DNA of 64,000 bases from an uncultured archaeon (GTDB taxonomy: Archaea > Aenigmatarchaeota > Aenigmatarchaeia > QMZP01 > JACQNV01), in the NCBI GenBank assembly GCA_964410585.1, contig CAYPFW010000004.1, forward strand, positions 21,120-85,119. The letters are read 5' to 3'. Shown one piece after another: positions 46,588 through 57,488 of this stretch; within the stretch, counting starts at the first letter, position 1, and each line of letters begins with the position of its first letter. The notes under the pieces are model-generated. The model saw only the letters and a program-made list of their open reading frames with translations, was not told where the DNA came from and searched no databases. Made by a program: the position numbers and the translations under genes.

Positions 46588-47605
46588 ACAGTGTGCTCTT
46601 CGGGAGAACAAGAGCTACGCAATAAAAGAGAAGGTTAATGCGAAGATAAGATTAGATCTAAGTATAAACCCACTCGGTCCACCTCCCACAGTGAAAAGGT
46701 TTTTAGAAAAATTGGACTTTTCAAATATCCAAAGATATCCAGAACCTTGCCAACTTCCTGAACTCAAAAGAGAAGCAGCAGATTTTTTTGGAGTAAACAC
46801 AGAAGACATTATGATTACTTCTGGTGCAGACCAAGCAATAGAGGTCGCTCTCTCACATTTACTAAATCCAGGGGACAAAATAGCAATCCAAAATCCAACA
46901 TTTCCAAGGTTTGAAATTGTTGCAAAAAATCTTTGTGATGCGTTTACAATAGATTTTACAAACCAAATACCAGAATCAAAAGTTGTTGTCCTCTGCACAC
47001 CAAATAACCCAACAACACAGGAGATTTCTAGGGAAACAATAATCACAATTCTAGAAAACAATCCAGATAAGATGATTATTATAGACAATGTTTTTGGATC
47101 ATTTGGAAAGGAAAAGATAGATGACCTTGTAAACAAATTTGGGAATTTAATTATTCTCAAAAGTCTATCAAAGGACTTTGGACTTGCAGGTATGCGAATT
47201 GGATTTATTTTATCCAAACAAGAAAACATAGGGATTTTGGAAAATGGAATAGCTCCGTTTAGGGTTCCAACTTTTATCCAAAATATAGCAACAGAGGCCC
47301 TGAAAGATAGAAATCATTTGGAAAAAACAAAAGGTTTTCTGAAAGGAGAAATCGGATTCATAAAATCTGAGCTTGGCGATTTGGTTATACAGGAAACTGT
47401 TTTGCCCTTCTTTCTTTTCAAGTCAAAAACTAAGTCAGTTGACCTTAAGAAAAAGCTTTTGGATATGGGGATATCAATAGTAGATGGTAGTTCTTTCAAA
47501 GGGCTAGACGAAAATCTTTCGCGCATTGCTATAGGGAAACACGAGGATAATGTAGAGTTTATTAAAGCAGCTGAGAAAATATATAGAATTGGACATAGCC
47601 TTTGA
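46574..47605 (+). CDS. PLP-dependent class I/II aminotransferase (HisC/CobD-like)
   Basis: NPLGP, SGADQAI, CTPNNPT, KSLSKDFGLAGMRIG. Confidence 0.9.
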   Translation: MELFRQCALRENKSYAIKEKVNAKIRLDLSINPLGPPPTVKRFLEKLDFSNIQRYPEPCQLPELKREAADFFGVNTEDIMITSGADQAIEVALSHLLNPGDKIAIQNPTFPRFEIVAKNLCDAFTIDFTNQIPESKVVVLCTPNNPTTQEISRETIITILENNPDKMIIIDNVFGSFGKEKIDDLVNKFGNLIILKSLSKDFGLAGMRIGFILSKQENIGILENGIAPFRVPTFIQNIATEALKDRNHLEKTKGFLKGEIGFIKSELGDLVIQETVLPFFLFKSKTKSVDLKKKLLDMGISIVDGSSFKGLDENLSRIAIGKHEDNVEFIKAAEKIYRIGHSL

Positions 47606-47639
47606 TATAATATTCCGAAGCTATGTCAAGGTCTCTAGT

Positions 47640-48719
47640 ATGGACATTGAAACAAAAATCGATTTGGTGAAAGGGGTAGCAGAGGAGATAATAACAGAAG
47701 AAGAACTAAGACAGCTTTTCCAGACAAAAGATCATCCTGTTGCATATGATGGTTTTGAGCCTTCTGGAATTGCACACGTACCTTTTGGTGTGTTAAGGCC
47801 ACTGCTTCTAAAAGATCTTCAAAAATCAGGTATAAAATTCAAGCTTTGGCTTGCAGATTGGTTTGCTTGGATAAATAATAAAATGGGTGGGGACCTGGAA
47901 AAAATAAGAAAGGTTGGCGAATATTTCATTGAGGTTTGGAAAGCAGCTGGAATTGAAAATGTTGAATATGTTTGGGCAAGTGATAGCATGGACAGGGAAT
48001 ATTGGAAAAAGGTCATACTTGTTGCAAAAAATACCTCTGTTAACCGTGCAACTCGGGCCCTGACAATAATGGGTAGGAAGGAGGGGGAGATGATGGAAGT
48101 TGCTCAGTACTTTTACCCAACAATGCAGACAACAGACATTTTCCATTTAGACTGCGATATAACCCAGCTTGGTTTAGACCAAAGAAGAGCAAATATTTTG
48201 GCAAGGGAAGTTGCAGAAAAACTAAAATGGAAAAAACCAGTTGTTGTTTCCCACCATATGCTTATGGGATTGGAAGGTGTTAAACAACCAGAAGGATTTG
48301 AAACAGACAAATCAAAAGATGTTTCAATTGCATCTAAAATGAGCAAAAGCAAGCCCCAAACATGCATATATGTACATGACTCTGAAAAACAAATTTTGGA
48401 AAAGATGAACAGGGCATTTTGCGAACCAAAAAATATTGAAAACAATCCTCCGCTGGAATATGCTAAGCACATAATCTTTAGGGCATTCAAAGAAATGAGA
48501 GTTGAAAGACCCGCAAAGTTTGGTGGGGACTTGGTATTTGGTTCGTACAAGGAACTTGAAGGGATTTTCAGAAAAGGAGAACTTCATCCCCTTGATTTAA
48601 AAAAATCAGTTGCATCAAACCTAAACGTTTTAATAAAGCCTGTAAGAGATCATTTTGAAAAGAACAAAAAGGCAAAAGATCTATACACATTTATTAGCAA
48701 CCAACAAATCACAAGGTGA
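47640..48719 (+). CDS. tyrS: tyrosine--tRNA ligase
   Basis: AYDGFEPSG, ADWFAWINNK, YPTMQ, LGLDQR, KMSKS; ATG 47640. Confidence 0.96.
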   Translation: MDIETKIDLVKGVAEEIITEEELRQLFQTKDHPVAYDGFEPSGIAHVPFGVLRPLLLKDLQKSGIKFKLWLADWFAWINNKMGGDLEKIRKVGEYFIEVWKAAGIENVEYVWASDSMDREYWKKVILVAKNTSVNRATRALTIMGRKEGEMMEVAQYFYPTMQTTDIFHLDCDITQLGLDQRRANILAREVAEKLKWKKPVVVSHHMLMGLEGVKQPEGFETDKSKDVSIASKMSKSKPQTCIYVHDSEKQILEKMNRAFCEPKNIENNPPLEYAKHIIFRAFKEMRVERPAKFGGDLVFGSYKELEGIFRKGELHPLDLKKSVASNLNVLIKPVRDHFEKNKKAKDLYTFISNQQITR

Positions 48720-50161
48720 ACAATATGTTTATGAAAACTATATTTGCTGTTGCCGTTTTATCGCTTTTGTTAGCTATGCCTCTAGGGCTCTCATTAACAC
48801 CAAATGACGTTTCATCAATTGTTTCTATCCAAATAACAAAAGACGATATTATAAAAAAGAACGTGAATATACCGCTTACTGAAATTGAATGTAGTCCTGA
48901 AAAAAAAATTGTATTTCATGAAGTCAAGGGATCAAAAACTGTTTTGTTTTTGTCGGGAGATGAGGAAAAAACATATTCAGATGTTTCAGCGAAACAAATT
49001 CTAGAAAAAATAAAAGAGCTTACAGGAGCCGATTCAAACCAATTGAAAAGAGCCTTCCAGCTTTTGGTTTCAGGAAGTTTATTGGAAACGAGAAACTGGT
49101 ATGTATATGAAGATAAATTCAGGGTAATTGAAGGTAATATTTTGAGCAAAAATTCACCAAGGCTTCCAAATGTAAATCCCCCAGAGCTTATTGGAAAATT
49201 CAAACTAGAGCTTCCGCTAGGGTCTGAACATAAATTTGATTCCAAAGCATGCCCACAGCTTGTTGATCCCATACCTTTTGATAATCTTCCAGATGGACAA
49301 AAATATGCATCTTCAAGTGATCCACAAAACGAAAAACTGCTTTCTACAAGCCTTCTAAACGGAGAACAACTAACTTATTTTTCAAACTGGGATTTGAAAA
49401 AGTCAGAAGAAGATATCAACTCATTATACTTTTCAATAGACTCAAATTCTTCGCTTTTTGTAAAAGCGCTTGCAGATGATCCTGAATTGACACAGAAACA
49501 GGAAGCTTTAAACTTTTTGTCTGAATATGGAAATGTTTCATCCGAGGATATATACTCGATTGTATCAGAAACAAATGAAACAAAAACTTCAGCTTCTGTA
49601 GCTATAATCAATGGCAAGGGTTTTGGGTTTGTTTATACGGCACCTGCAAGCAAATTTGATATATACAAAGATATGGTTGACTTTGTTGAAAGTTCTACTG
49701 GTACTACAACTATACAAATAAGTGAGGGCCCTCAGCTAACTTTGGATGTTTTGAACCAAAAATGTGCTAATAGTGTGTATTCTATAAACTTTAAACTAGA
49801 AGCTAATCACAAAAACGATATAAGTGATTTAGAATACAGAATATTCTTAGATTCAAAAAAAGAAGACAGCAAAAAAATCCAAGTCAATGATAAGAAATAC
49901 TCTTCAGAAGAGATTTATTCATTCGATTTTTCTGGCCAAAAAGAATTGGAGATTTTTACAATTGCATCAATTGGAAACAATTCAGCTTCATATGAAAAAG
50001 AGGGTTTGGCAATTGACAAAAAACTTTGTGACGAAGAGAAGGATACAGAGCCTATTGCCCAACCTCAACCAACTCCACAACAAGACAACAACACACTGAT
50101 TTTTGCATCTGTGATTGCATTTTTAATTGGACTTGGGTTAATGGCGCTAATTAGAAGATAA
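48716..50161 (+). CDS. secreted, C-terminally anchored hypothetical surface protein
   Basis: N-terminal signal peptide, PQPTP linker, C-terminal TM + RR. Confidence 0.75.
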   Translation: MNNMFMKTIFAVAVLSLLLAMPLGLSLTPNDVSSIVSIQITKDDIIKKNVNIPLTEIECSPEKKIVFHEVKGSKTVLFLSGDEEKTYSDVSAKQILEKIKELTGADSNQLKRAFQLLVSGSLLETRNWYVYEDKFRVIEGNILSKNSPRLPNVNPPELIGKFKLELPLGSEHKFDSKACPQLVDPIPFDNLPDGQKYASSSDPQNEKLLSTSLLNGEQLTYFSNWDLKKSEEDINSLYFSIDSNSSLFVKALADDPELTQKQEALNFLSEYGNVSSEDIYSIVSETNETKTSASVAIINGKGFGFVYTAPASKFDIYKDMVDFVESSTGTTTIQISEGPQLTLDVLNQKCANSVYSINFKLEANHKNDISDLEYRIFLDSKKEDSKKIQVNDKKYSSEEIYSFDFSGQKELEIFTIASIGNNSASYEKEGLAIDKKLCDEEKDTEPIAQPQPTPQQDNNTLIFASVIAFLIGLGLMALIRR

Positions 50162-50162
50162 T

Positions 50163-51299
50163 ATGACAGGAAATTTTAAAGTCACACCATGGGAAGTTGA
50201 AGGAAAGGTTGACTACGACAAATTAATTGAGCAGTTTGGAACTAAAAAAATAGATGAAAAGCTTTTGAAGAGGATCGAAAAGTTTGGACCACTACACACG
50301 ATGCTCAGGCGAGGTTATTTCTTTTCTCATAGAGACCTAGATTTGATTTTAAATGATATTGAAAGCAAGAAAGGCTTCTTCCTTTACACTGGAAGGGGGC
50401 CTTCGGGTGCAATGCATATTGGACATCTTATCCCAATGATTTTTAATAAATGGTTGCAGGATGTTTTTGATGTTAATTTATACATAGAAGTCACTGATGA
50501 CGAAAAATTTTTGTTTAAAAAAGACAAGAGTTGGGAGGATATACAAAAGCAGGCAAATCAGGATATACTTGACATAGCGGCTGTTGGTTTTAATCCAGAC
50601 AAAACTTTCATATTCAAGGATTCTGAGTACATAAAAAATGTTTATCCAATGATACTAAAGACAGCTAAGAAGATCACATTTTCGACATCGAAAGCCGTTT
50701 TTGGTTTTACAAATGATACTAATATAGGATCTATTTTCTACCCAGCTTATCAGATTGTCCTCACATTCTTTGAAAAGAAGAGATGTCTAATTCCTGCCGC
50801 AATTGATCAAGATCCCTACTGGAGAATACAAAGAGATGTTGCAGAGAGCCTTGGATACCATAAAACAGCGGCAATACACAATAAATTGCTTCCTCCACTT
50901 ACTGGCGTTGAAGGTAAAATGAGCTCCTCAAAATCAGAAACAGCAATTTACTTAACAGACACTCCAGATGTTGTAAAAAACAAAGTGATGAAATATGCGT
51001 TTTCAGGTGGCAGAGCGACTGTAGAAGAACATAGGAAATTTGGTGGAAATCCAGATGTTGATGTATCCTATCAATGGTTATACGCATTTTTAGAACAAGA
51101 TGATAAGAAAATTAAAAAAATACACGACGACTACAAATCAGGAAAGATGCTGACAGGCGAACTTAAACAAATTCTTGTAGAAAAACTGAATGTATTTCTG
51201 GAAAATCATAGAAAAGAAAAAAAGAAAGCAGAAAAACTTGTTGACAAATACAAATACTCAGGCAGGCTAGCAAAAGAAATGTGGCAGAAAACAATCTAA
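50163..51299 (+). CDS. trpS: tryptophan--tRNA ligase
   Basis: VTPWEV, YTGRGPSGAMHIGH, AIDQDPY, KMSSS. Confidence 0.96.
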   Translation: MTGNFKVTPWEVEGKVDYDKLIEQFGTKKIDEKLLKRIEKFGPLHTMLRRGYFFSHRDLDLILNDIESKKGFFLYTGRGPSGAMHIGHLIPMIFNKWLQDVFDVNLYIEVTDDEKFLFKKDKSWEDIQKQANQDILDIAAVGFNPDKTFIFKDSEYIKNVYPMILKTAKKITFSTSKAVFGFTNDTNIGSIFYPAYQIVLTFFEKKRCLIPAAIDQDPYWRIQRDVAESLGYHKTAAIHNKLLPPLTGVEGKMSSSKSETAIYLTDTPDVVKNKVMKYAFSGGRATVEEHRKFGGNPDVDVSYQWLYAFLEQDDKKIKKIHDDYKSGKMLTGELKQILVEKLNVFLENHRKEKKKAEKLVDKYKYSGRLAKEMWQKTI

Positions 51300-51301
51300 T
51301 T

Positions 51302-54300
51302 CTATTCCAATCTTTGCCAAACTGTTATGAATATTGAAAGTACTATCAACAAAGTTGCTCCGATGTAAATCAGTGTTTTTGTTTTGTTTGGAAGTGTGTT
51401 TGGTGACAAACACTCTGATTGATCTACACAAAGCGATGATTGCGGAACTAAGCTTTTTATTTCAGGATGTTTTTTGATTATTTCCTCTTTAACACTATTA
51501 TTCAGCTTCCTACCATCACATGTTTGAGCTGTGTGGGGTGATGCTTCTCCTCTACAAACAATGTTTTGTTTTACTGAACAATCTCTAATTTGAGAACCTT
51601 CTAAACATTCAGACCACTCTCCACAAGCATAGTCAGCCTGAGTACATTGCTTTATTGAAACTAAGCCACCGCCTCCAGATGAACTACCTGAAGAACCACC
51701 TGACGATCCTCCACTAGATCCTCCTGAACTACTTCCTGCTTGCCCCCCACTTGGAGGTTGTGTTATATTTTGAGGCAAAGGTGGCAATACACATTCACCA
51801 CCAGAACACCCATTTGAACATGTTGTTTGAGACCATGAACCAGAAGAGCATGCCTGCTTATTATTCCCATAACATGTTGAAGAACCGGAAACATAGTTTA
51901 CAAATCCTTCTGATGCACAATTATTTGAAGGCGCACACCAAGAACCGCTACCATCATAATCCAGTGCACAATTTCCAGAAGAACAGTCTGAGCCCGAGGT
52001 ACAGGAAGATCCATCTTCTAGTTTACCACCAACAGCAAAATCACTCAAGTGAGAAACATTTGCCCACACATAGTTTCCAGAAGTGTTAACCCCACCTAAA
52101 GGGGGATCGAAAATTTCCCACTCATTTGATGAGGTATTGAAGAATGATAATCTCAAACTGTTTTCATCAAAATTGTTTAACTGGACCTCATCATCAGTGT
52201 ATTCAACACGTATCTCAACAAAACTTAAATTTGATCTTATCTCCTCTGTTGGCTCTATTGAAAGGTATTTATTGAAGGGTGAAAGTCCAGTAATATTTTT
52301 TTTCACCGGGTTTTCATTTTGAACTGTAAGGTTTATTGTGTCTTCTAATGCATCTGATCTAAAGAAAAAATCCAGTTTTATTTTTAGCTCTGGAACATGG
52401 TATTTACCTCTTCCAAAATCGGTCTTGTTTATTTTCTGCTCTTTCGATTTAGATTCAATTAATTTAAACTGACCTTGTTTTATCTGCTTTAGTTCATTAT
52501 AACCTGACTTTTTGACAGACATTCTAACATCATATATACTTGGGTTTAGGTTTTCTGTGCTCAAAGTGCATATATATTCACCTACAGAAACCCTTTCCAT
52601 TTGAGAACAAATAGACCATTGACCTGCTGAAAAGAATGGTTTATACTCAAATATTAATTCATCCGCATCAACCAAAGAATTTGTATCATCTGTAAGCTCA
52701 TTTTCTATAATAACTGTCTCGCCCTTTTTGTAGACTTCTTTTGTTGAAATGTCTACAAAAAGATCCCCAATTACATTTACCTTTCCTTTCTGAGATGAAG
52801 AAATTTTATATGCACTATCTGAAATACTTCCTTCAAACGTTTGATTACCAACATAGAAGGTGCTATCTGGGTTAAGGAGTGTTGAGCATACACCTGAAAT
52901 AAACTTACATATCAACTCAAGATCATAGGGCTCTGAGCCGTCCTTTGTCACAAGAATTAATCCAGAATCACCCGAAACATAAACATTTTTATCTAGATCA
53001 AATATTCTAAACCCTAAATCTGCTTTACTTTCCCTATTTCTGCTTATTATATTACCATTACCTTTTACTATCTCTAATCTTACATCATCTTTTTCTACAC
53101 TTATACTCTGCTCTTCGCTTTCGCCTAGTACATCACTGTCCTTTGCTGAACATTTCACTTGGTTAGTTCCTATAAAAGAGGAATCAAAAATAGGCTCAAA
53201 GATAGCAGATTTCCATGTTTGTGTATCTGAAACTTTTTGAGATAGTTTTGTTTGCCATTCTCCATCTGGCTTTTTAATAAGTAGGCTAATATCTAACTTA
53301 CCGTTTTCTGAATCTAAAACAGAACAATTGAAAGACCATTTTTCTCCCCAGCCTTTATTACTATCAGCTGAAGTTAGGTTAACTTGTGTTAATCTTCGCG
53401 AAATCGGTTTTACTGTAAATGTTTGTATAGACATTCTATTGTTCCAAACATTTTTTGAGTCCTTAGCCAAAAACCTATAGGATACAACCTGATTTTCTTT
53501 TAGCTTGTTTGACTTTATTGTGTAAGAATATGTGTTTCCTACTTTTCCAGCGGTATAGTTTTTTAGTTTCCCATCAAAATCAGATTCCAAAACAACATCA
53601 ACAGCATTTGACCAAATAGAACTTATTTTGATATCAGTTTCTGTTGTCGGTTTAATTGGATCAATATAAAAATCAGTTAACACAGGACCTTTCCCACTTA
53701 TCCCTATCTTGAAAGTTTGAGTTTTAGGATTGTATATACCAGTACCCAAATATGAAAATGCAAACTCAGCCAAGCTTCCGGCATAGTCCAATGGAACTGT
53801 CCAAGTTGTTTGTAATGATCCTGCATCTGTAATCATATATCCAGATCTACCAAAACCCAAGAAACTTCCGTCTAAAATATATTTTATATAGGACTGTGCA
53901 ATTGGATTGGAGCCATCTGTTATTTTTCCTGTAAATGTTATTTGATTTCCAGGGCTAGCTGTTGTTTTGCTTGCAGATAAGCCCAAATCAATATCCTTTG
54001 CTTTTTTAGAAATTGGTTCAAATATATATTCAATATCATTTTTTCCATCCGAGGCTGTTATCTTCAGGTCTAAGGATTCTCCAATTGGCATAATTGAACC
54101 AGAATATAAAGAATTTTCTCTATCTAAATTAATTTCTATCCAATCAGATCCTTTATAGAAAGCCTTTACAGCTAAATCATCTGAAATCGCTTTATCATCA
54201 ACAAGAGAAAATTTCAAGTCCAATGTCTTATTCAATTCGAATCGTGGAGAGATGTCAAGGCTCTCTAAATGTGGTGGGTTCCTATCACCTTGCTTTATCC

Positions 54301-57300
54301 TGAAATTGCCTGTCATTTTTAATGTGTTTGGTATATCATATGAAACAGGTATTGTTAACTCAACTCTGAATTTTGGATCCGACGAACCATAGTGATAGTA
54401 GTAGAAAGTTTCCCAATTTATTTGTTGCTCTCTGCTTAACACATCATCTACATAGACCTTTACTGTTGGTTTTGGAAGATCAAATGTACCTGAAACACCA
54501 GTTGTTGACCAATAGCTAACAGAGGGTTTTTTGAAAATATAAGTTTCTTTTCCTTTTGCAACATATTTGTTTAAAGTAATATAGTAGTCTGAGTTTTCAA
54601 AATAAGTGGGGATAATTTGAGATGATCCATGTTCTATTGTTCTTTTCTCTGCTGTCTGTGGTATCACACCTGTTGGCCAATACAGTTTATTAGATTTGAT
54701 ATCGTATTCCCTCTGCCCGCTTTGTGCTGCAAACTCCTTGAGTGACTGTGTGAAGTGTAAGTAGTTTATAGTTGGGTAGTTGTCCAGACTAAACTTGCCT
54801 ATTTTCACATAGGCTGTTCTTTCTGAAGGAAGGGGTGGCCTCTTTCCAAAAGTAGATGATATTGTACCATCTGGGTTTGTCCAGAAATCAAAGGCCATAT
54901 ATGATTGTCCATAGTCTGAAGCACCTATATTTGGATCAGAGCCAGGCAGACCAAATTTGTATTTGTATTCTGCTAACTCATCTCTTGTGAATGTCAGGAC
55001 TTGAGGGGTTGAGGAACTTATGTTTTTGAAGTTCCAATACAAGTAGTAGAGCGAATCTCCCCCAGAATATATTTTTTCTTCAAATCCTTGAGTATTTTCT
55101 GACTTAGGATACCCAACTACAGCTGCATATATATCCCTTTTGATTTTATCTTTTGTGTCTGAAAAATAGAAGTCAACATCATCCAAATTTGCGCGCAAAA
55201 AGAGAAGACCAAGTGCGAAAGTTTTGTATCCCAATGTTTCTTTTATCAATACACTAGCCTGATCGAAAATCATAGATCTATTGTCTAGTGTTGTGGTTGA
55301 AGGCTTTAGTTTTCTGGCTTGAGACAAATCTAGTTTCACTGTGTTTGATGTTCCAGGCTCCAAGTAAATAGAATCAAATAGTATGTACTTCTGAGTTCTG
55401 TTTGTATAATCTCCAACTGCAAAGACGGTATAATTGCCTCCTTTAACTTCAAAATTATAGAAGTTGTCACTAAATTCCCAGTTTCTTGTTACTGTTTTTT
55501 TAATTGAAAAATCATTGTTTCTTATACCTATTAAATATGGAGCTAGTTTTTTATTTCCATTGACAACTTGGACAGATAAACCAGTTAGCTTTGAAAAGAA
55601 GTAGGGTATCCTATATGTTCTTTGTTTACTAAATATTTTTACATACCCATAGAACTTTCCTTCGACGTCGCCGCTTAAATCTAAGCTAAATTTGATGTTC
55701 TGCTTCTCACCTTTTTTTAGTGATAGTGAGGTTTTGTCGATACTAATAATTGGGTATTTTTTTCCAGACTCATCTATTGCATGACCTGGATCAATTGAAA
55801 GATCAACATCTTCTCCAATGTTTTCTATTTCAATATTTTGAGAAATTTCCTTTGATAAAACTAGTCCCAAACCCAAACTCCGTGGGCTTGTTATTATTTC
55901 AGCTTTTGAGGCTTCTAAAACATCTATTCTTCCAGTACCCTGTTCCCATGGTTTTAGATTCAAATCTTTTGAAGTTGACATTAAAACAGATTTTATTTTT
56001 TCCGGATTCCAATCAGGGTGAAGCTGTTTCAGAAGAGCTGCGGCACCAGAAACATGTGGAGTGGCCATTGAGGTACCTGAGATTGCAATATGTTGACTAT
56101 CTATACATCTATTAGACGTAAGCCAATTACTCCACTCAGCTGCACATATGCTTACACCAGGCGCAGCTAAATCTGGTTTCAGTCCATTCTTTGTTGTAGG
56201 TCCTCTAGAGCTGAACGAAGCCAAGAGGTCTGATTTATCCGTTGCTGCAACTGATATTCCTTTTCTTGCAGAACCAGGGGTTCCTATTGCACCAGCTGAT
56301 GATCCGGAATTACCAGCAGCTGAAACGACAATAACGCCTGCATCAACTGCTTCATCAACTGCTATTGATGTTGGAGAATCTTCATCACCAGCACCACCTA
56401 AACTCATTGAAATAATATCAACATGATCTGATGTGTCCCCATCATTGTTTGGGTCAACTGCTCTTTTTATTCCAGAAATAACTTGAGAGAAGGATCCTGA
56501 TCCAGAAGAGCTCAAAACTTTATACGCGTAAATTTTTGCATCTGGTGCAACGCCTTTTAAAACCCCATTTCCAGCAGCTGTTGCTGCAACGTGTGTACCA
56601 TGACCATGATCATCCATTGGATTTGCATCACCGTTTACAAAATCATAACCATCAACAACCCTACACTTTGATCCAAAACATCCACCTAGATCAGGATGCG
56701 TGTAGTCCACACCAGTATCTATGATTGCTATACTAACACCCTTTCCTGTTAGATTCTGCCCCTTAAAATCTGTCAGCGACCACAAATCATCTGCATTTAT
56801 CAGAGGAACAGATTTATCTAAAATTGCCTGGACTTTTTTATTCAAATAAACCTTTTCAACTGTGTCTAAATTTGCTAAATCTGGTATTTTTTCAAGTTCA
56901 ATATCCATTGTCACAGAATCAACAAAATCCAAATCTTTTATTAGGTAATAATTTAGATCTAAGTTTTGACTAGCATCCTCTATAAACTTGTCTCTAACAG
57001 AAGCAAACTGAATCCCGGAGAGACTTTTCAGCCTTATTATCACTGGAACCCTGCCTTCTTTTATGTATCCCTCTTTTTCTAAAAATTCTTGGTTTAGAAG
57101 TGCGGGATCAATCCTTTCTATCTGCTCAACTTTTTCTAAAAATGCTATCTGCTTAACTGATCCAGGAGAATTGACAACAAATATTTCAGAATTATCCTCT
57201 TGGTCCTTGATGTATCTTATATCAACATTATCATTGTCATTTGTATTGAGGTTATAAGAAATAAAATTTTCTGAATCAGAAGACTGAGAAACAAAGGAGT

Positions 57301-57454
57301 ATACGCTTGTGGGATTGCTATTTATTGCAACATCAAAGCTTGTTTTGGTTTGATAGCCTGTTGTTGGCGTGTTTATGTTTAGTGAGAAAGTCAAAAGAAG
57401 GGCAGCTATCAAGAGTATAAAAAGGCTTAAATGGAACGACCTACTGTGCTGCAT
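51302..57454 (-). CDS. giant membrane-anchored S8 subtilisin-like serine protease (2050 aa)
   Basis: triad IIDTGVD, HGHGTHVA, GTSMATPHV; long beta-rich region, Cys-rich modules, Gly/Ser linker, C-terminal TM. Confidence 0.92.
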   Translation of the reverse strand: MQHSRSFHLSLFILLIAALLLTFSLNINTPTTGYQTKTSFDVAINSNPTSVYSFVSQSSDSENFISYNLNTNDNDNVDIRYIKDQEDNSEIFVVNSPGSVKQIAFLEKVEQIERIDPALLNQEFLEKEGYIKEGRVPVIIRLKSLSGIQFASVRDKFIEDASQNLDLNYYLIKDLDFVDSVTMDIELEKIPDLANLDTVEKVYLNKKVQAILDKSVPLINADDLWSLTDFKGQNLTGKGVSIAIIDTGVDYTHPDLGGCFGSKCRVVDGYDFVNGDANPMDDHGHGTHVAATAAGNGVLKGVAPDAKIYAYKVLSSSGSGSFSQVISGIKRAVDPNNDGDTSDHVDIISMSLGGAGDEDSPTSIAVDEAVDAGVIVVSAAGNSGSSAGAIGTPGSARKGISVAATDKSDLLASFSSRGPTTKNGLKPDLAAPGVSICAAEWSNWLTSNRCIDSQHIAISGTSMATPHVSGAAALLKQLHPDWNPEKIKSVLMSTSKDLNLKPWEQGTGRIDVLEASKAEIITSPRSLGLGLVLSKEISQNIEIENIGEDVDLSIDPGHAIDESGKKYPIISIDKTSLSLKKGEKQNIKFSLDLSGDVEGKFYGYVKIFSKQRTYRIPYFFSKLTGLSVQVVNGNKKLAPYLIGIRNNDFSIKKTVTRNWEFSDNFYNFEVKGGNYTVFAVGDYTNRTQKYILFDSIYLEPGTSNTVKLDLSQARKLKPSTTTLDNRSMIFDQASVLIKETLGYKTFALGLLFLRANLDDVDFYFSDTKDKIKRDIYAAVVGYPKSENTQGFEEKIYSGGDSLYYLYWNFKNISSSTPQVLTFTRDELAEYKYKFGLPGSDPNIGASDYGQSYMAFDFWTNPDGTISSTFGKRPPLPSERTAYVKIGKFSLDNYPTINYLHFTQSLKEFAAQSGQREYDIKSNKLYWPTGVIPQTAEKRTIEHGSSQIIPTYFENSDYYITLNKYVAKGKETYIFKKPSVSYWSTTGVSGTFDLPKPTVKVYVDDVLSREQQINWETFYYYHYGSSDPKFRVELTIPVSYDIPNTLKMTGNFRIKQGDRNPPHLESLDISPRFELNKTLDLKFSLVDDKAISDDLAVKAFYKGSDWIEINLDRENSLYSGSIMPIGESLDLKITASDGKNDIEYIFEPISKKAKDIDLGLSASKTTASPGNQITFTGKITDGSNPIAQSYIKYILDGSFLGFGRSGYMITDAGSLQTTWTVPLDYAGSLAEFAFSYLGTGIYNPKTQTFKIGISGKGPVLTDFYIDPIKPTTETDIKISSIWSNAVDVVLESDFDGKLKNYTAGKVGNTYSYTIKSNKLKENQVVSYRFLAKDSKNVWNNRMSIQTFTVKPISRRLTQVNLTSADSNKGWGEKWSFNCSVLDSENGKLDISLLIKKPDGEWQTKLSQKVSDTQTWKSAIFEPIFDSSFIGTNQVKCSAKDSDVLGESEEQSISVEKDDVRLEIVKGNGNIISRNRESKADLGFRIFDLDKNVYVSGDSGLILVTKDGSEPYDLELICKFISGVCSTLLNPDSTFYVGNQTFEGSISDSAYKISSSQKGKVNVIGDLFVDISTKEVYKKGETVIIENELTDDTNSLVDADELIFEYKPFFSAGQWSICSQMERVSVGEYICTLSTENLNPSIYDVRMSVKKSGYNELKQIKQGQFKLIESKSKEQKINKTDFGRGKYHVPELKIKLDFFFRSDALEDTINLTVQNENPVKKNITGLSPFNKYLSIEPTEEIRSNLSFVEIRVEYTDDEVQLNNFDENSLRLSFFNTSSNEWEIFDPPLGGVNTSGNYVWANVSHLSDFAVGGKLEDGSSCTSGSDCSSGNCALDYDGSGSWCAPSNNCASEGFVNYVSGSSTCYGNNKQACSSGSWSQTTCSNGCSGGECVLPPLPQNITQPPSGGQAGSSSGGSSGGSSGGSSGSSSGGGGLVSIKQCTQADYACGEWSECLEGSQIRDCSVKQNIVCRGEASPHTAQTCDGRKLNNSVKEEIIKKHPEIKSLVPQSSLCVDQSECLSPNTLPNKTKTLIYIGATLLIVLSIFITVWQRLE

Positions 57455-57488
57455 CTATATTTTTGGAAAGAGAGAATTAAATAGGTTT

